A stretch of DNA of 64,000 nucleotides from a virus. The translations under genes and the position numbers were made by a program. Numbering within the stretch: the stretch's first letter is position 1; every line of letters begins with the position of its first letter. Location of the stretch: the IMG/VR virus record IMGVR_UViG_3300045988_175656. One strand, 5' to 3'. The notes under the pieces were generated by a model. That model was not told the DNA's origin. It worked only from the letters and a program-made list of their open reading frames with translations, and made no database searches. This document shows, piece by piece, positions 32,691 through 43,331 of the stretch.

Positions 32691-33641
32691 ATGAATTTTA
32701 AATGGAATAAAGAGAAATGTTTAGAATATGCAAAAAAATGCACAACAAAAATGGAATTTAGAACAAAATTTCCCAAAGCTTATAGTGCATGTTGGAGATA
32801 TAAATGGTTTGATGAAATTACATGGTTTGAGCCAACAAATTATTCAATTAATTATTCTTGTAAAGAATATGTAATATATTCCTATGAAATTTCAATTTTG
32901 AAATCAGTATATGTTGGTTTGACTAAAAATATTAAAAGACGAGATAAACAACATAGAAATGGGTCAAAACATAGTAATGGTACTATAAATTATAGTAGTT
33001 TATATACTTTTTGTTACATGAATAAAGTATCAATACCTGTATATAAAATTTTAAATAATAATTTAGATTGTAAGCAGTGCCAAGTTCTTGAAAAAGAATG
33101 GATTGATTATTATAAAAGTAATGGGTGGAATATTATTAATATAGCTCCAACTGGTTTAAATGTTAGTTCTATTGGCTCTATTCCTAAATGGAATTATGAT
33201 ATGTGTTATGAAGAAGCTAAAAAATATAACTCAAAAACAAATTTTAAACATAATTCAAGTGGGGCTTATGCAAGTGCATGTAAAAATGGGTGGATTAATG
33301 ATTATATATGGTTATCCAAAAATTTAAATAATAATACGCATAAAAAAAATTATTGGAATTACGAAACTTGTTTTGAAGAAGCTAAAAAATATAATTCTAA
33401 AAAAGAGTTTGAACAAAAATCAGAAACTTCGTTTAAAGTTGCAGTAAAAAATAAGTGGCTTAATGATTATACATGGTTTGTGAATCCTAAAAAAAATAGA
33501 AATTATTGGAATTATGAAACTTGTTTTGAAGCTTCAAAACAATGTAAAAATAAGAAAGAATTTTCTATTAAATATAATAGGGCATATAAATTAAGTTTAC
33601 AAAATAAATGGTTAAATAAATTTTTTAATGAAAGTAGATAG
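32691..33641 (+). CDS. GIY-YIG nuclease with four ~45-aa flanking repeats
   Basis: GIY-YIG core YVIYSYEISILKSVYVGLTKNIKRRDKQH. Repeated modules of the type W(N)YE(T/M)C(F/Y)EEAKKYNSK.EF......KN.W(L/I)NDY.W. Confidence 0.7.
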   Translation: MNFKWNKEKCLEYAKKCTTKMEFRTKFPKAYSACWRYKWFDEITWFEPTNYSINYSCKEYVIYSYEISILKSVYVGLTKNIKRRDKQHRNGSKHSNGTINYSSLYTFCYMNKVSIPVYKILNNNLDCKQCQVLEKEWIDYYKSNGWNIINIAPTGLNVSSIGSIPKWNYDMCYEEAKKYNSKTNFKHNSSGAYASACKNGWINDYIWLSKNLNNNTHKKNYWNYETCFEEAKKYNSKKEFEQKSETSFKVAVKNKWLNDYTWFVNPKKNRNYWNYETCFEASKQCKNKKEFSIKYNRAYKLSLQNKWLNKFFNESR

Positions 33642-34368
33642 TAGTCAACAAATAGGAACCACCGAAACTGGTGAAATTGCATTTAATTTGGAAGCATTTG
33701 ACAATTTAAAAAAAGCCAACATTATCATAACTAAAAGATTAACTGATAAGTTAATTGATAAATTAATTGAGTTTAAGAGTAAATGTATATTGCATTTAAC
33801 TATAACAGGGATGGGTGGCACTAAATTAGAGCCACTTGTCCCTTCTCTTGAAATGAGTAAGCAGAAGTTTGATTTATTAATTAGTAAAGGCTTTCCTGTT
33901 GAACAAGTTGTGCTTCGTATAGACCCTATCATTCCAACTCCAAAGGGAGTTCAAACTGCTTTGAAAGTATTAAAAACATTTATAAATAGTGGAATAAAAA
34001 GAGTGCGTTGGTCATCTCTTGATATGTATAACCATGTTAAAGAAAGGTTTACAGAAGAACATATCAAAATGCCTTATGAAACTTTTCACGCAAACAAAGT
34101 TTTAATAAATGGTTTATATTCTATATTAGAAAGTGTTTGCTATATTAATGATATGGAGTTAGAAGCGTGTGGAGAACCTGGTTTTGACCCAACTCCTTGC
34201 ATATCTCAAAAAGATATTGATATATTGGGATTGTCTGATGAAATTAAACTTATTGGTAATGCTGAACAAAGACATGGTTGTAGTTGTCCAGCAAATAAAG
34301 TCCAGATATTAAAGCAAAAACCTGCTCAATGTGAAAATAAGTGTCTCTATTGTTTCTGGAAGGATTAA
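33628..34368 (+). CDS. DUF1848-like protein with C-terminal Cys cluster (tentative)
   Basis: LHLTITGMGGTKLEPLVPS ... VVLRIDPIIPT pattern and terminal CSCP...C..KCLYC. Confidence 0.45.
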   Translation: MKVDSSQQIGTTETGEIAFNLEAFDNLKKANIIITKRLTDKLIDKLIEFKSKCILHLTITGMGGTKLEPLVPSLEMSKQKFDLLISKGFPVEQVVLRIDPIIPTPKGVQTALKVLKTFINSGIKRVRWSSLDMYNHVKERFTEEHIKMPYETFHANKVLINGLYSILESVCYINDMELEACGEPGFDPTPCISQKDIDILGLSDEIKLIGNAEQRHGCSCPANKVQILKQKPAQCENKCLYCFWKD

Positions 34369-34403
34369 CTAATTTTAATAATTAAAATTTGGTTAATACA
34401 TAA

Positions 34404-34423
34404 ATTGTTCTTATATTTGCATC
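34404..34423 (+). promoter_or_regulatory. Bacteroidota-type promoter
   Basis: attgttcttatatttgcatc (TAtaTTTG). Confidence 0.55.
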
Positions 34424-34460
34424 ATGAAAAATCAAATAATTAATTTAATAATAAAAAGAA

Positions 34461-35183
34461 ATGGCTAAAAAGAATTTTTTAAACATTGTTAAAGGAGCTT
34501 TCTTAACTGAAGTTCCTGATGAAACAAAAGCCGAAGAAGTTGTTCAACCAGTAACAGTTCAACAAGTAGTTCCGCAAACTGTGGTTCAATCACAACCAAC
34601 AGTTAGTGTTCAACCATCTATTGCTACAACCAATTTAATTCAACCTGTTCAGGGAAATGGACAAGTAGTAGGACAAGTTGATGCAAATATTTTGGAAAAT
34701 TTATGTACTGTTCTTGATGAAAAAAATCTTCCAGGTCCTGATTATTTGGAGTTGAAGAGTGCTGCTAATGATGCTGTTATGCAAAAAGCAATTCCTGATG
34801 AAACAGCACGTTTTACATGTGCATATATTAGCATGAAAGTTAATGCACCACATTTAAACAAAGAAGTAATCATTAACAGTATTGACAAATATGTTGAATA
34901 TTTGGAAGCTGAAAGACAAAGTGGTTTAAATGAACTTGCAATTAAATGGAAAGAAGAAGTTGATGATAAGGAAGCATTAGTTGATACTGCTCAAAAAGAA
35001 CTTCTTGAACTTCAAGAAGCTTTAAATGCAAAGATTAAGTTTATTTCAGAAACGACAGCCGAAATAACAACGTCAAAAAATCAATGTACAGTTAGTAAAG
35101 CTAATTTTAATGCAACTGTTGATTATGTTATCAATAATTTAAATACTGATAAAACAAAGTTAAACGAAATATTAAAAGATTAA
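34461..35183 (+). CDS. hypothetical protein (Q/V-rich N-terminus, coiled-coil C-terminus)
   Basis: ORF track; first gene of the envelope/ABC block. Confidence 0.6.
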   Translation: MAKKNFLNIVKGAFLTEVPDETKAEEVVQPVTVQQVVPQTVVQSQPTVSVQPSIATTNLIQPVQGNGQVVGQVDANILENLCTVLDEKNLPGPDYLELKSAANDAVMQKAIPDETARFTCAYISMKVNAPHLNKEVIINSIDKYVEYLEAERQSGLNELAIKWKEEVDDKEALVDTAQKELLELQEALNAKIKFISETTAEITTSKNQCTVSKANFNATVDYVINNLNTDKTKLNEILKD

Positions 35184-35187
35184 AAAA

Positions 35188-36261
35188 ATGATGAATAATT
35201 TACCTTCAATGGATGAAAATACTAAAGTATCAGCATGGCAAAAACCAGGTGGTACACTTGGTATGATTGTAGCAGGTGTAGCAATTGCTGGTGGTGTAAT
35301 CTTAATCAATAAGATTCTTCCATTTTTAATTGCTTTAACTACCAATATGATTACATTGGCATTTCTTGTCGCAGTATTAGCTGGAATTGCTTTTCTTGTG
35401 ACAAACAAACAATTTAGAAAAGCTTTTTCAATGACTTATTTTATCATTATGAGAAAAATAACAGGACTTATCATTGAAATTGACCCAATTGCCATTGTTG
35501 AGAAAAAAATTGGTGAGATGAATAATAAGATTTTGGAGATTCAAAAACATATGGGAAGTTTGAATGGTCTTATTATTAATAACAAACGTAAGTTAGAAGA
35601 TAAAAAGTCTGATTTTGAAAATCAGTTACGAAGATTAGAAGAATATAAACGGCAAGGGAAAGTAGCTGACGCAAATGTGACAGAAAGACAAGTTGTTCGT
35701 TTGAAAGCAACAATCGAACGCCAAGCAAAACGTTTGGAAGATTCGAAAAAGTGGTATGAGATTCTGAAACAATTGAAACATGCTGCTGAATTAACAGTTC
35801 TTGATACTCAGAATGAAGTTAACGATAGAAAAGAAGAATTTGAATCAATTAAAGCTCAACATAAGGCATTTTCTTCTATAATGTCTATTATGAAAGGCAG
35901 TCCTGATGAAATGGAAGATTTCACCCGTGCTATGGATTTCATGGCTTATGATATTACACAAAAATTGGGAGAAATGTCTAATGTTATTGATGAAACAGGC
36001 GGTTTGTTATCACAAATTGCTGTTGATGAAGGAGTTGCATCTCATAAGGCTGATGAATTGTTGCAACAATATGAAAAATATGGTATTGATGGTTTATTTG
36101 CAACTTTCAAAAAAGTTGAAGAACCAAAAGCAATTGCAAATGATAATGTATCATATGTAAATTTGAATAATTTAAAAAGCCAAAAACCAATTGAGGTAGA
36201 AGCTACACCAATTGGTAGAAGTGAAACGTCATTATCAAAAACTGAAAGAAAATATTTTTAA
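35188..36261 (+). CDS. membrane-anchored coiled-coil protein, PspA/IM30-like (tentative)
   Basis: Two N-terminal hydrophobic helices (GMIVAGVAIAGGVILI, ITLAFLVAVLAGIAFLV), then long heptad-like helices beginning IEIDPIAIVEKKIGEMNNKILEIQ. Confidence 0.5.
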   Translation: MMNNLPSMDENTKVSAWQKPGGTLGMIVAGVAIAGGVILINKILPFLIALTTNMITLAFLVAVLAGIAFLVTNKQFRKAFSMTYFIIMRKITGLIIEIDPIAIVEKKIGEMNNKILEIQKHMGSLNGLIINNKRKLEDKKSDFENQLRRLEEYKRQGKVADANVTERQVVRLKATIERQAKRLEDSKKWYEILKQLKHAAELTVLDTQNEVNDRKEEFESIKAQHKAFSSIMSIMKGSPDEMEDFTRAMDFMAYDITQKLGEMSNVIDETGGLLSQIAVDEGVASHKADELLQQYEKYGIDGLFATFKKVEEPKAIANDNVSYVNLNNLKSQKPIEVEATPIGRSETSLSKTERKYF

Positions 36262-36295
36262 CATTTTTTAAAGAAATAAATTTGGTGATGTGAAA

Positions 36296-36316
36296 TATTT
36301 GTTATATCTTTGCATC
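36296..36316 (+). promoter_or_regulatory. Bacteroidota-type promoter
   Basis: tatttgttatatctttgcatc (TAtcTTTG). Confidence 0.5.
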
Positions 36317-36359
36317 ATCAAATTAAACGAAGAACTAATAATTTAAATTTTAAAAGAAA

Positions 36360-37952
36360 ATGAGTAAAACAGTAGTTAAACCTTGGGTTAAAACAACAGG
36401 GATTATTTTGGCAGTAGCAGCAATCGTTTTTGGATTGTGGTACACAGGTAAAACAACAGGTCTGATTGAAGAATCAAAATCAAACAGTGGCGATTCAAAA
36501 GGCTTCTTTTCAGGATTGTTTAGTGGTGGTGGGAGTGATTATATCACAGTTGGCACTAATACTTATGCAGGGTTTTTGCCTTTCATGTATTTGAATAATG
36601 GTCTTGACCCAACAGAAGATTGTATTCTTTATAAGGAGTATGGTTTGAAGTTAAAAATTGTGGTACAAGATGACTTTCAAGCAGGTCGTTCAGCGTTTAA
36701 AAATGGAGATATTGATATTATCTATTGTACAGCAGATGCATTTCCAGTAGAAATGTCAGAAGGTTCACAAATGGCAGACGCACGATTCTTTAATATTAGT
36801 AACTGGTCACGTGGTGCTGATGCAATTGTTGTTAATAAAAATATCAGAACAGTTGGTGATTTAATTGGTAAAGTGGTTGCTTGTTCTGAAGGTACTGCTT
36901 CACATACACTTTTGTTAAATACTCTTGAAACTAATGGAATTGGTTCAGATAAAGTAAATACTAAATCTAGTATTGATAAATCAAAGGTTAATATTAAGAT
37001 TGTAGGTAGTGGATTGGATGCAGCTTCAATTTTTAAAGCAGGTCAATGTGATGCAGCCGTAGTATTTTCACCCGATGACCAAGATATTGTTGCAAGTATT
37101 GCAGGTTCTAAAGTATTGGTGTCAACAAAACAAGCATCAAATATTATTTGTGATGGTTTGATTGCAAAACAATCTTATTTGGATGCAAATAAAGAAGATG
37201 TAAAGAAACTTATTTCTGCATTGCTTTCAGCTAATGTTAAAATGAACACTGATGATGTAGCCGTAGCACAAGCAGCTAAAGCGTTTGCGAAATCTTATGG
37301 AACTGATGAAACATTTGCAATTAGTGGTTCTAAAAATATTCGTTATATTACATTGGAAGATGCAGCTAATTTCTTTGGCTTGAATAGTTCATATACAGGC
37401 ATTAAGGGAGATGAACTTTATTCCAAGATGGCTCGTACTTATGAAAGCTTGAATTTGTGTAAACGTCCACTTGCATGGAGAAAAGTTTCAGATGCTTCAG
37501 TGATTGAAGAATTGATGGCAGACCCAAGTGCAATTAAGGGAGACCAACATGCAGAAGCTAAAAAAACATTTACAGCTCCAACTAAAGAACTTGAAACGAA
37601 AGCTGAAATGTCTAATAAAAAGCTTACAATTGAATATCCTGTGAATGGTGATTTGCTTGATAATGATGCTAAAGCATTGATTGATAGAGAGTTCGTAAGC
37701 ATTGCTAAACAATTTTCAGGTGCTCGTGTTAGAATTGAGGGTAATACTGATAATACTGGTAATGCAGCATATAATGTTGAATTGTCAAAACGTAGAGCAC
37801 AAAGTGTTGCAAATTACTTGATTAAGGAATATGGTTTTGATACGAACCGATTTATCATTGTTGGTAACGGTCCTAAGAAAGCAGTTGAAGATGGCGTTTC
37901 AGGAAGTAATCAGAGTTACCGAACCACTGATTTCCAACTTGTTAATGAATAA
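36360..37952 (+). CDS. membrane-anchored NitT/TauT-type substrate-binding protein fused to a C-terminal OmpA-like peptidoglycan-binding domain
   Basis: N-terminal TM GIILAVAAIVFGLWY, an NMT1/TauA-like SBP body, and a C-terminal RIEGNTDNTGNAAYNVELSKRRAQSVANYL OmpA_C signature. Confidence 0.7.
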   Translation: MSKTVVKPWVKTTGIILAVAAIVFGLWYTGKTTGLIEESKSNSGDSKGFFSGLFSGGGSDYITVGTNTYAGFLPFMYLNNGLDPTEDCILYKEYGLKLKIVVQDDFQAGRSAFKNGDIDIIYCTADAFPVEMSEGSQMADARFFNISNWSRGADAIVVNKNIRTVGDLIGKVVACSEGTASHTLLLNTLETNGIGSDKVNTKSSIDKSKVNIKIVGSGLDAASIFKAGQCDAAVVFSPDDQDIVASIAGSKVLVSTKQASNIICDGLIAKQSYLDANKEDVKKLISALLSANVKMNTDDVAVAQAAKAFAKSYGTDETFAISGSKNIRYITLEDAANFFGLNSSYTGIKGDELYSKMARTYESLNLCKRPLAWRKVSDASVIEELMADPSAIKGDQHAEAKKTFTAPTKELETKAEMSNKKLTIEYPVNGDLLDNDAKALIDREFVSIAKQFSGARVRIEGNTDNTGNAAYNVELSKRRAQSVANYLIKEYGFDTNRFIIVGNGPKKAVEDGVSGSNQSYRTTDFQLVNE

Positions 37953-37961
37953 TAAGAAAAT

Positions 37962-37992
37962 GGGGATATTAACAAGTGTCCCCTTTTCTTTT
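37962..37992 (+). terminator. weak rho-independent terminator
   Basis: Stem gggga/tcccc followed by ttttctttt. Confidence 0.4.
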
Positions 37993-38009
37993 AAAAACAA
38001 TCAAAAACT

Positions 38010-38189
38010 ATGAGAAAGATTGTATTATTTTTAGTATTGGTTATTATATTGGCATTTGTCATGCCTAGTTTATTAAATGTAGTATTTACCATTGGAGTTT
38101 TGGTAATTATGACTGTTTTCGGTTATGCTATCTATAAAATAGTAAAGTTTATAGATAACACAAACAAAAAGAAAGAGATGAAACAATAG
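38010..38189 (+). CDS. small membrane protein (59 aa)
   Basis: Hand-translated MRKIVLFLVLVIILAFVMPSLLNVVFTIGVLVIMTVFGYAIYK... Confidence 0.4.
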   Translation: MRKIVLFLVLVIILAFVMPSLLNVVFTIGVLVIMTVFGYAIYKIVKFIDNTNKKKEMKQ

Positions 38190-38215
38190 ATTGTATAATC
38201 TAAAATAAAACAATA

Positions 38216-39082
38216 ATGTTTAAAAAATTATTCAAAATGGGTGGAGATAGTAATTTTAATAAACTATCTTTACTTTTGATAACCATAATAGGTTTCACAT
38301 TAATAATTGGTGCGTGGTATTTTGTAACTTATTTACAAATTATTCCAACCAAAGTACTTCCTAATCCTTTTGATGTAATTGGGAGCTATGGTAAATTGAT
38401 TAGTGAATATAACATGTTTGGTAATGCGTGGTATTCAATTAAATTAAATTTTATGAGTTATTTTTATGCAATTTTGATAGCATTACCAATTGGATTTTTT
38501 ATTGCATTATATCCTATTAATAATATTTTAATTGGTAAATATATTAATTCTGTTAGGTATTTACCAATTCCTGCAATGAGTGGTATTTTTATTGCTATAT
38601 TTGGTTTAACATTTGGCATGAAAGTGTCTTTTTTAACATTTGCGTTATTAATTTATATTTTACCAGCAGTTGCTAATAAAGTTAATGATTTACAAAATCC
38701 AAATAATGATAAAGATTATGTGTATCTTCAAACGATAAGAACATTGGGTGGTAGTAATTGGCAAAAGTTTAAATATGTTTATTTTCCTTATGTAACACGA
38801 AATATTTCAAATGAAATTATTAATTTAACAGGTATTTCATGGTCATATGTTGTTATTTGTGAATTACTTTATAAAGACGGTTCAATTAGTGGTATTGGGG
38901 CGATGATTAATAATATGATGCGCCAATCTTATGTGCCTGAAGCATATGCTTTATTATTTTTAGTAATTCTTATTGGGTTTGGGCAAGATTATTTGTTGAA
39001 AGGATTGGATAAAGTATTATTTCCATCAAAATACAATAAAAAGCCGTTTAAAATTAGTAATTGGTTTGTAACAGAAAAATAA
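38216..39082 (+). CDS. ABC transporter permease (NitT/TauT family)
   Basis: Six hydrophobic segments and a binding-protein-dependent permease layout. Confidence 0.75.
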   Translation: MFKKLFKMGGDSNFNKLSLLLITIIGFTLIIGAWYFVTYLQIIPTKVLPNPFDVIGSYGKLISEYNMFGNAWYSIKLNFMSYFYAILIALPIGFFIALYPINNILIGKYINSVRYLPIPAMSGIFIAIFGLTFGMKVSFLTFALLIYILPAVANKVNDLQNPNNDKDYVYLQTIRTLGGSNWQKFKYVYFPYVTRNISNEIINLTGISWSYVVICELLYKDGSISGIGAMINNMMRQSYVPEAYALLFLVILIGFGQDYLLKGLDKVLFPSKYNKKPFKISNWFVTEK

Positions 39083-39088
39083 TAAAAT

Positions 39089-40147
39089 ATGGCAGGAAGA
39101 TTTACATCACTTTTTTCAAAAAGTGAAAAAAAGCCTGAACAAACAGTTCAGCAAACAATTGAAGTTGTAGAACAAACGACTTCTCCAGAAGTCATTGATA
39201 TTCAACAAACAATTACAGAAACAGCAAAAAAGAGTGCATCATTTTTAAATGGGGTTATGGATATTGTAAAAGAAGAATTATCAATACCACCAGTAACAAA
39301 TATTGTATCTACTCCTATTCAACAAGATACAAATGGAAAATTTGAGTGTGAAGCTGTTGATGTTATTAATTTATCAAATATTTGCCAATCATTTAAAACT
39401 GATAATGGTGAGTTTAAATTATTTGATAATTTTAATTTAGATATTAAAGATTTTAAAGATGTTGGACAATTTGTTTCCATTATGGGGGCTTCAGGTTGTG
39501 GTAAATCACAATTGTTGAAAATTATATCAGGACTAAATAAACCAACATCAGGTTCAATCAAAATATATGGTAAAGAACAAACAGATAAAGATTCTATACC
39601 AATGGTATTTCAGCAATATAGTTCTTATCCTTGGATGACTGTACTTGAAAATGTAGCACTTCCTCTTAAAATGAGAGGTGTCCCTAAAAAAGAACGAGAA
39701 GAACAAGCTCGTAATATGTTAAAAATTGTAGGATTAGAGGGACAAGAAAATAAATGGGCGCAATATCCAATTTTAAGTGGTGGTCAATTACAACGTGTAT
39801 CTCTTGCTCGTAATCTTGTATTTTCATCACAAATTTTGTTATTAGATGAAGCAACTGGGGCATTGGATATTAAGTCTAAAAGAGATATGCAAGATACACT
39901 TTTAGATGTGTTTTATAACGCAAAACTTGACCCAACTATCATTTCAGTAACACATTCAATTGAAGAAGCTGTTTATTTGTCAAATAGAGTTTATATATTG
40001 ACTGCTAATCCATGTACAATTCATTCTGTAATTGATATTGATTTTGGAAGCCAATATGCAAGAAGAACTTCTGAAGTTAGACAAACAGCTAAATTTGCTG
40101 AATATGTTAAACAAATTGAGACTATAATGGATGAAATAAACAAATAA
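39089..40147 (+). CDS. ABC transporter ATP-binding protein with ~95-aa N-terminal extension
   Basis: Walker A GASGCGKSQ, signature LSGGQLQRVSLAR, Walker B LLLDEATGALD. Confidence 0.85.
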   Translation: MAGRFTSLFSKSEKKPEQTVQQTIEVVEQTTSPEVIDIQQTITETAKKSASFLNGVMDIVKEELSIPPVTNIVSTPIQQDTNGKFECEAVDVINLSNICQSFKTDNGEFKLFDNFNLDIKDFKDVGQFVSIMGASGCGKSQLLKIISGLNKPTSGSIKIYGKEQTDKDSIPMVFQQYSSYPWMTVLENVALPLKMRGVPKKEREEQARNMLKIVGLEGQENKWAQYPILSGGQLQRVSLARNLVFSSQILLLDEATGALDIKSKRDMQDTLLDVFYNAKLDPTIISVTHSIEEAVYLSNRVYILTANPCTIHSVIDIDFGSQYARRTSEVRQTAKFAEYVKQIETIMDEINK

Positions 40148-40175
40148 AACTGTCATTTTGACAGTTTTATTTTGT
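40147..40175 (+). terminator. rho-independent terminator
   Basis: Stem aaactgtc/gacagttt followed by tattttg. Confidence 0.6.
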
Positions 40176-40219
40176 GGCATATAATTTGAGAATAAAAAGA
40201 TAAAAATTAGAAAGTAAAA

Positions 40220-42142
40220 ATGAAAAGAATTTTAGGTATTGATTTAGGCTCTACAAACTCAGCAGTGAGTGTGATTGAGAGTGGAAAAGCAATAATTGTA
40301 GTTAATGAGGAAGGTAGAAGAACTACCCCATCTGTGATTGCATTAAAGAATGGGGAAAGAAAAGTTGGAGAAGCTGCAAAAAGACAACGTGTTGTTAATC
40401 CTAAAGAAACTGTATCAATAATTAAAAGATTTATGGGGGCTGATTTTAATTCTTCTGAATGTCAAGAAGCTATTAAAAAAGTACCTTATGAAATTATTAA
40501 TAAGGATGGTAAAGCAAGAGTTCTAATTGAAAACAGAGAATATTCTCCTGAAGAATTATCTTCTTATATCATTTCTAAACTTAAAAAATGTGCCGAAGAT
40601 TATGTAGGTGGGGAAATTAAAGATGCTGTTATTACAGTTCCAGCATATTTTAATGATTCACAACGTACAGCAACTAAAGTCGCAGGTGAACTAGCTGGTT
40701 TGAATGTGTTAAGAATTATTAATGAACCAACAGCAGCTATTCTTTCTTCTGATATTGATATTAAACATGGTGAGAAAAATATTATGGTGTGTGACTTTGG
40801 TGGTGCAACAACTGATTTTTCTGTATGTAATTTGTCAGAAGGATTAACAGAAGTATTATCAACTTATGGTGATGTATTCCTAGGTGGTAGTGATATTGAT
40901 AATGCTATTGCAGAATGGATTATAAGCTCATTTAATGAAGAAAATGGTGTGGATTTAAAGAGTGATGCCCAAGCATTACAACGTGTCGTAGAAGCGGCTG
41001 AAACTGCTAAAATAGAGCTATCATCTTCTAGTTCTGCTGAAATTAATTTGCCTTATATTTGTAGTAAAGATAATACACCATTACATTTACAATATACATT
41101 AACAAGAGCTAAGTTTAATCAATTAACACAACCATTGATTGATAAACTGATTAAATGTGGTAAAGAGTCTTTGAAAAAAGCAAATCTTAAAGCAAATGAA
41201 CTTAATGGTATTTTGCTTGTTGGTGGGTCTTGTCGTTGTTTGAATGTACAAGATGCTTTAACCAAAGAATTTGGTGTAGAACTATTGAAATCAGCTAATT
41301 TGGATGAAGCTGTTTCATTAGGTGCAGCTATTCAAGCTAATATTATAGTTGGTGGAGAAGGAAGTTCTGATATGGTATTACTTGATGTAACTCCACTTTC
41401 AATGGGTATTGAAACAATGGGTAATGTGATGACAAAACTTATTGATGCAAATACAACAATTCCATGCAAAAAAAGCCAAATTTTCACAACTGCTGTGGAT
41501 AATCAGCCATCTGTTGATATTCATGTATTACAAGGTGAAAGACCAATGGCTAAAGATAATAAAACAATTGGTATGTTCCAATTAACTGATATTTTACCAG
41601 CAAGACGTGGTGTGCCACAAATTGAAGTAACATTTGATATTGATGCTAATGGTATTTTGAATGTTTCTGCAAAAGATAAAGGTACAGGAAAAGAACAGTC
41701 AATTAGAATTGAAGCAAGTAATGGTCTTTCTGATGCTGAAATTGAAAAAATCAAGCAAGAAGCAAAAGAACATGAAGCAGCAGATAAGAAATTGAAAGAA
41801 GAAGCTGATATAATTAATAATGGAGATGCTATGGTTTTTCAAACTGAAAAACAGATTGAAGAATATGGTGATAAAATTTCTTCAGATAGTAAGAAATCTT
41901 TAGAAGAACTAATTGAAAAGTTAAAAAATTCTTTAAAAGATAGAAATATATCTGATATTAAAGAAAACACTGATAAAATCACATCACAATGGCAAAAAAT
42001 TACTTCTGAAATGTATGCAACAGGTACTAATGGTGGTACATCTAATTTTGAAGATATTTTAAGAGGTGCAGCAAATGGTAATACAAAAACAGATACCAAA
42101 GAAGATAATGTAACTGATGCTGATTTTGAAGAAGTTAAATAA
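40220..42142 (+). CDS. dnaK: Hsp70 chaperone DnaK
   Basis: [19 protein letters not shown] and [14 protein letters not shown] signatures; 640 aa. Confidence 0.95.
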   Translation: MKRILGIDLGSTNSAVSVIESGKAIIVVNEEGRRTTPSVIALKNGERKVGEAAKRQRVVNPKETVSIIKRFMGADFNSSECQEAIKKVPYEIINKDGKARVLIENREYSPEELSSYIISKLKKCAEDYVGGEIKDAVITVPAYFNDSQRTATKVAGELAGLNVLRIINEPTAAILSSDIDIKHGEKNIMVCDFGGATTDFSVCNLSEGLTEVLSTYGDVFLGGSDIDNAIAEWIISSFNEENGVDLKSDAQALQRVVEAAETAKIELSSSSSAEINLPYICSKDNTPLHLQYTLTRAKFNQLTQPLIDKLIKCGKESLKKANLKANELNGILLVGGSCRCLNVQDALTKEFGVELLKSANLDEAVSLGAAIQANIIVGGEGSSDMVLLDVTPLSMGIETMGNVMTKLIDANTTIPCKKSQIFTTAVDNQPSVDIHVLQGERPMAKDNKTIGMFQLTDILPARRGVPQIEVTFDIDANGILNVSAKDKGTGKEQSIRIEASNGLSDAEIEKIKQEAKEHEAADKKLKEEADIINNGDAMVFQTEKQIEEYGDKISSDSKKSLEELIEKLKNSLKDRNISDIKENTDKITSQWQKITSEMYATGTNGGTSNFEDILRGAANGNTKTDTKEDNVTDADFEEVK

Positions 42143-42188
42143 TATTTAAGGTAAATTAACATTAATAATGGTGCAGATTACGAATTAA

Positions 42189-42205
42189 TTTTGTATATTT
42201 GTACC
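42189..42205 (+). promoter_or_regulatory. promoter-like box enclosed in a 9-bp stem
   Basis: ttttgtatatttgtacc lies inside the helix aataatggt (42166-42174) / accattatt (42202-42210). Confidence 0.4.
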
Positions 42206-42239
42206 ATTATTGGTTTAATAACACATTAAAGAAAGATAT

Positions 42240-43331
42240 ATGGCAGAAAAAAGAGATTATTATGAAGTGCTAGGAGTTGATAGAAATTCATCAAATGATG
42301 ATATTAAAAAGGCATATCGTAAGAAAGCAATTGTATTACATCCTGATAAACAACAAGGAAAAACAGATGAAGAAAAGAAAATAGCAGAAGAAGAGTTTAA
42401 AGAAGTTGCTGAAGCATATGAAGTTTTATCAAACCCTCAAAAAAGAACTGAATATGACCAATTTGGTTTTGCTGGACGTAATGGTCAAGGATTTGATATT
42501 AACATGCAAGACATCATGGAAGAAATGATGCGTATGAATCCATTTGGCAATCCATTTCATAGAAATCAATCACGCCAATATATGAAAGGTAGTGATATAA
42601 GAATACCACTTGTTTTATCATTAGAAGATATATTTAATGGGGTGCATAAAACAGGCAAATATAAAAGAAAAATAAAATGTCCTGATTGTAATGGTCTAGG
42701 TGCAAAAAATAAAGATGATATAACAGAATGTCCTCATTGTCATGGTACAGGTGTGTATGTTGAAACTGTAATGCAAGGAAATATGATTTTTCAGAATCAA
42801 ACAACATGCCCATATTGTTATGGTAAAGGTAAAATAGTTTCCAAACCATGTGATAGATGTCATGGAGAAGGTCTTATCACAGTTGAAGAGACTATTGAGA
42901 TTGATGTACCAAAAGGGGTAGAAGAAAATATGGCAATAACATTTAATGGTATGGGAAACTTCCCACAAGGAGAAGGTGTTCCTGGGGATTTAATTGTCAT
43001 TATTAAACTTAAACCTCATGGTAGATTTGATAAACAAGGTGCAACAATTTATGCAATGAAAGAAGTGTCAGTTATTGATTGTATTCTGGGTGTTAATTCT
43101 ACAATTCAGGGGATTGATGGAAATATTTACAAATTTAGAATACGTCAAGGTACAATGAATGGTGAACAATATAGGATTGCAGGAAAAGGTTTGCCAATAC
43201 TTCATACTGATAAACGTGGTGATTTGATTGTTATGATTAAACAAGATATGCCAAAAAATCTTACATCAGAAGAAATTGAATTGCTAAAAAAGTTAAGAGA
43301 AATGCCACATTTTAAAACTGAAGAAGAATGA
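42240..43331 (+). CDS. dnaJ: co-chaperone DnaJ
   Basis: J domain DYYEVLGV...HPD and four CxxCxGxG zinc-finger repeats. Confidence 0.95.
   Translation: MAEKRDYYEVLGVDRNSSNDDIKKAYRKKAIVLHPDKQQGKTDEEKKIAEEEFKEVAEAYEVLSNPQKRTEYDQFGFAGRNGQGFDINMQDIMEEMMRMNPFGNPFHRNQSRQYMKGSDIRIPLVLSLEDIFNGVHKTGKYKRKIKCPDCNGLGAKNKDDITECPHCHGTGVYVETVMQGNMIFQNQTTCPYCYGKGKIVSKPCDRCHGEGLITVEETIEIDVPKGVEENMAITFNGMGNFPQGEGVPGDLIVIIKLKPHGRFDKQGATIYAMKEVSVIDCILGVNSTIQGIDGNIYKFRIRQGTMNGEQYRIAGKGLPILHTDKRGDLIVMIKQDMPKNLTSEEIELLKKLREMPHFKTEEE

Noticed and set aside
42166-42210. The 9-bp stem aataatggt/accattatt around the dnaK-dnaJ intergenic promoter-like box as a heat-shock (CIRCE-like) operator.
   Set aside because: The sequence has no similarity to the CIRCE inverted repeat. 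It may simply be an attenuator or stabilising hairpin, and there is not enough evidence for a regulatory claim.
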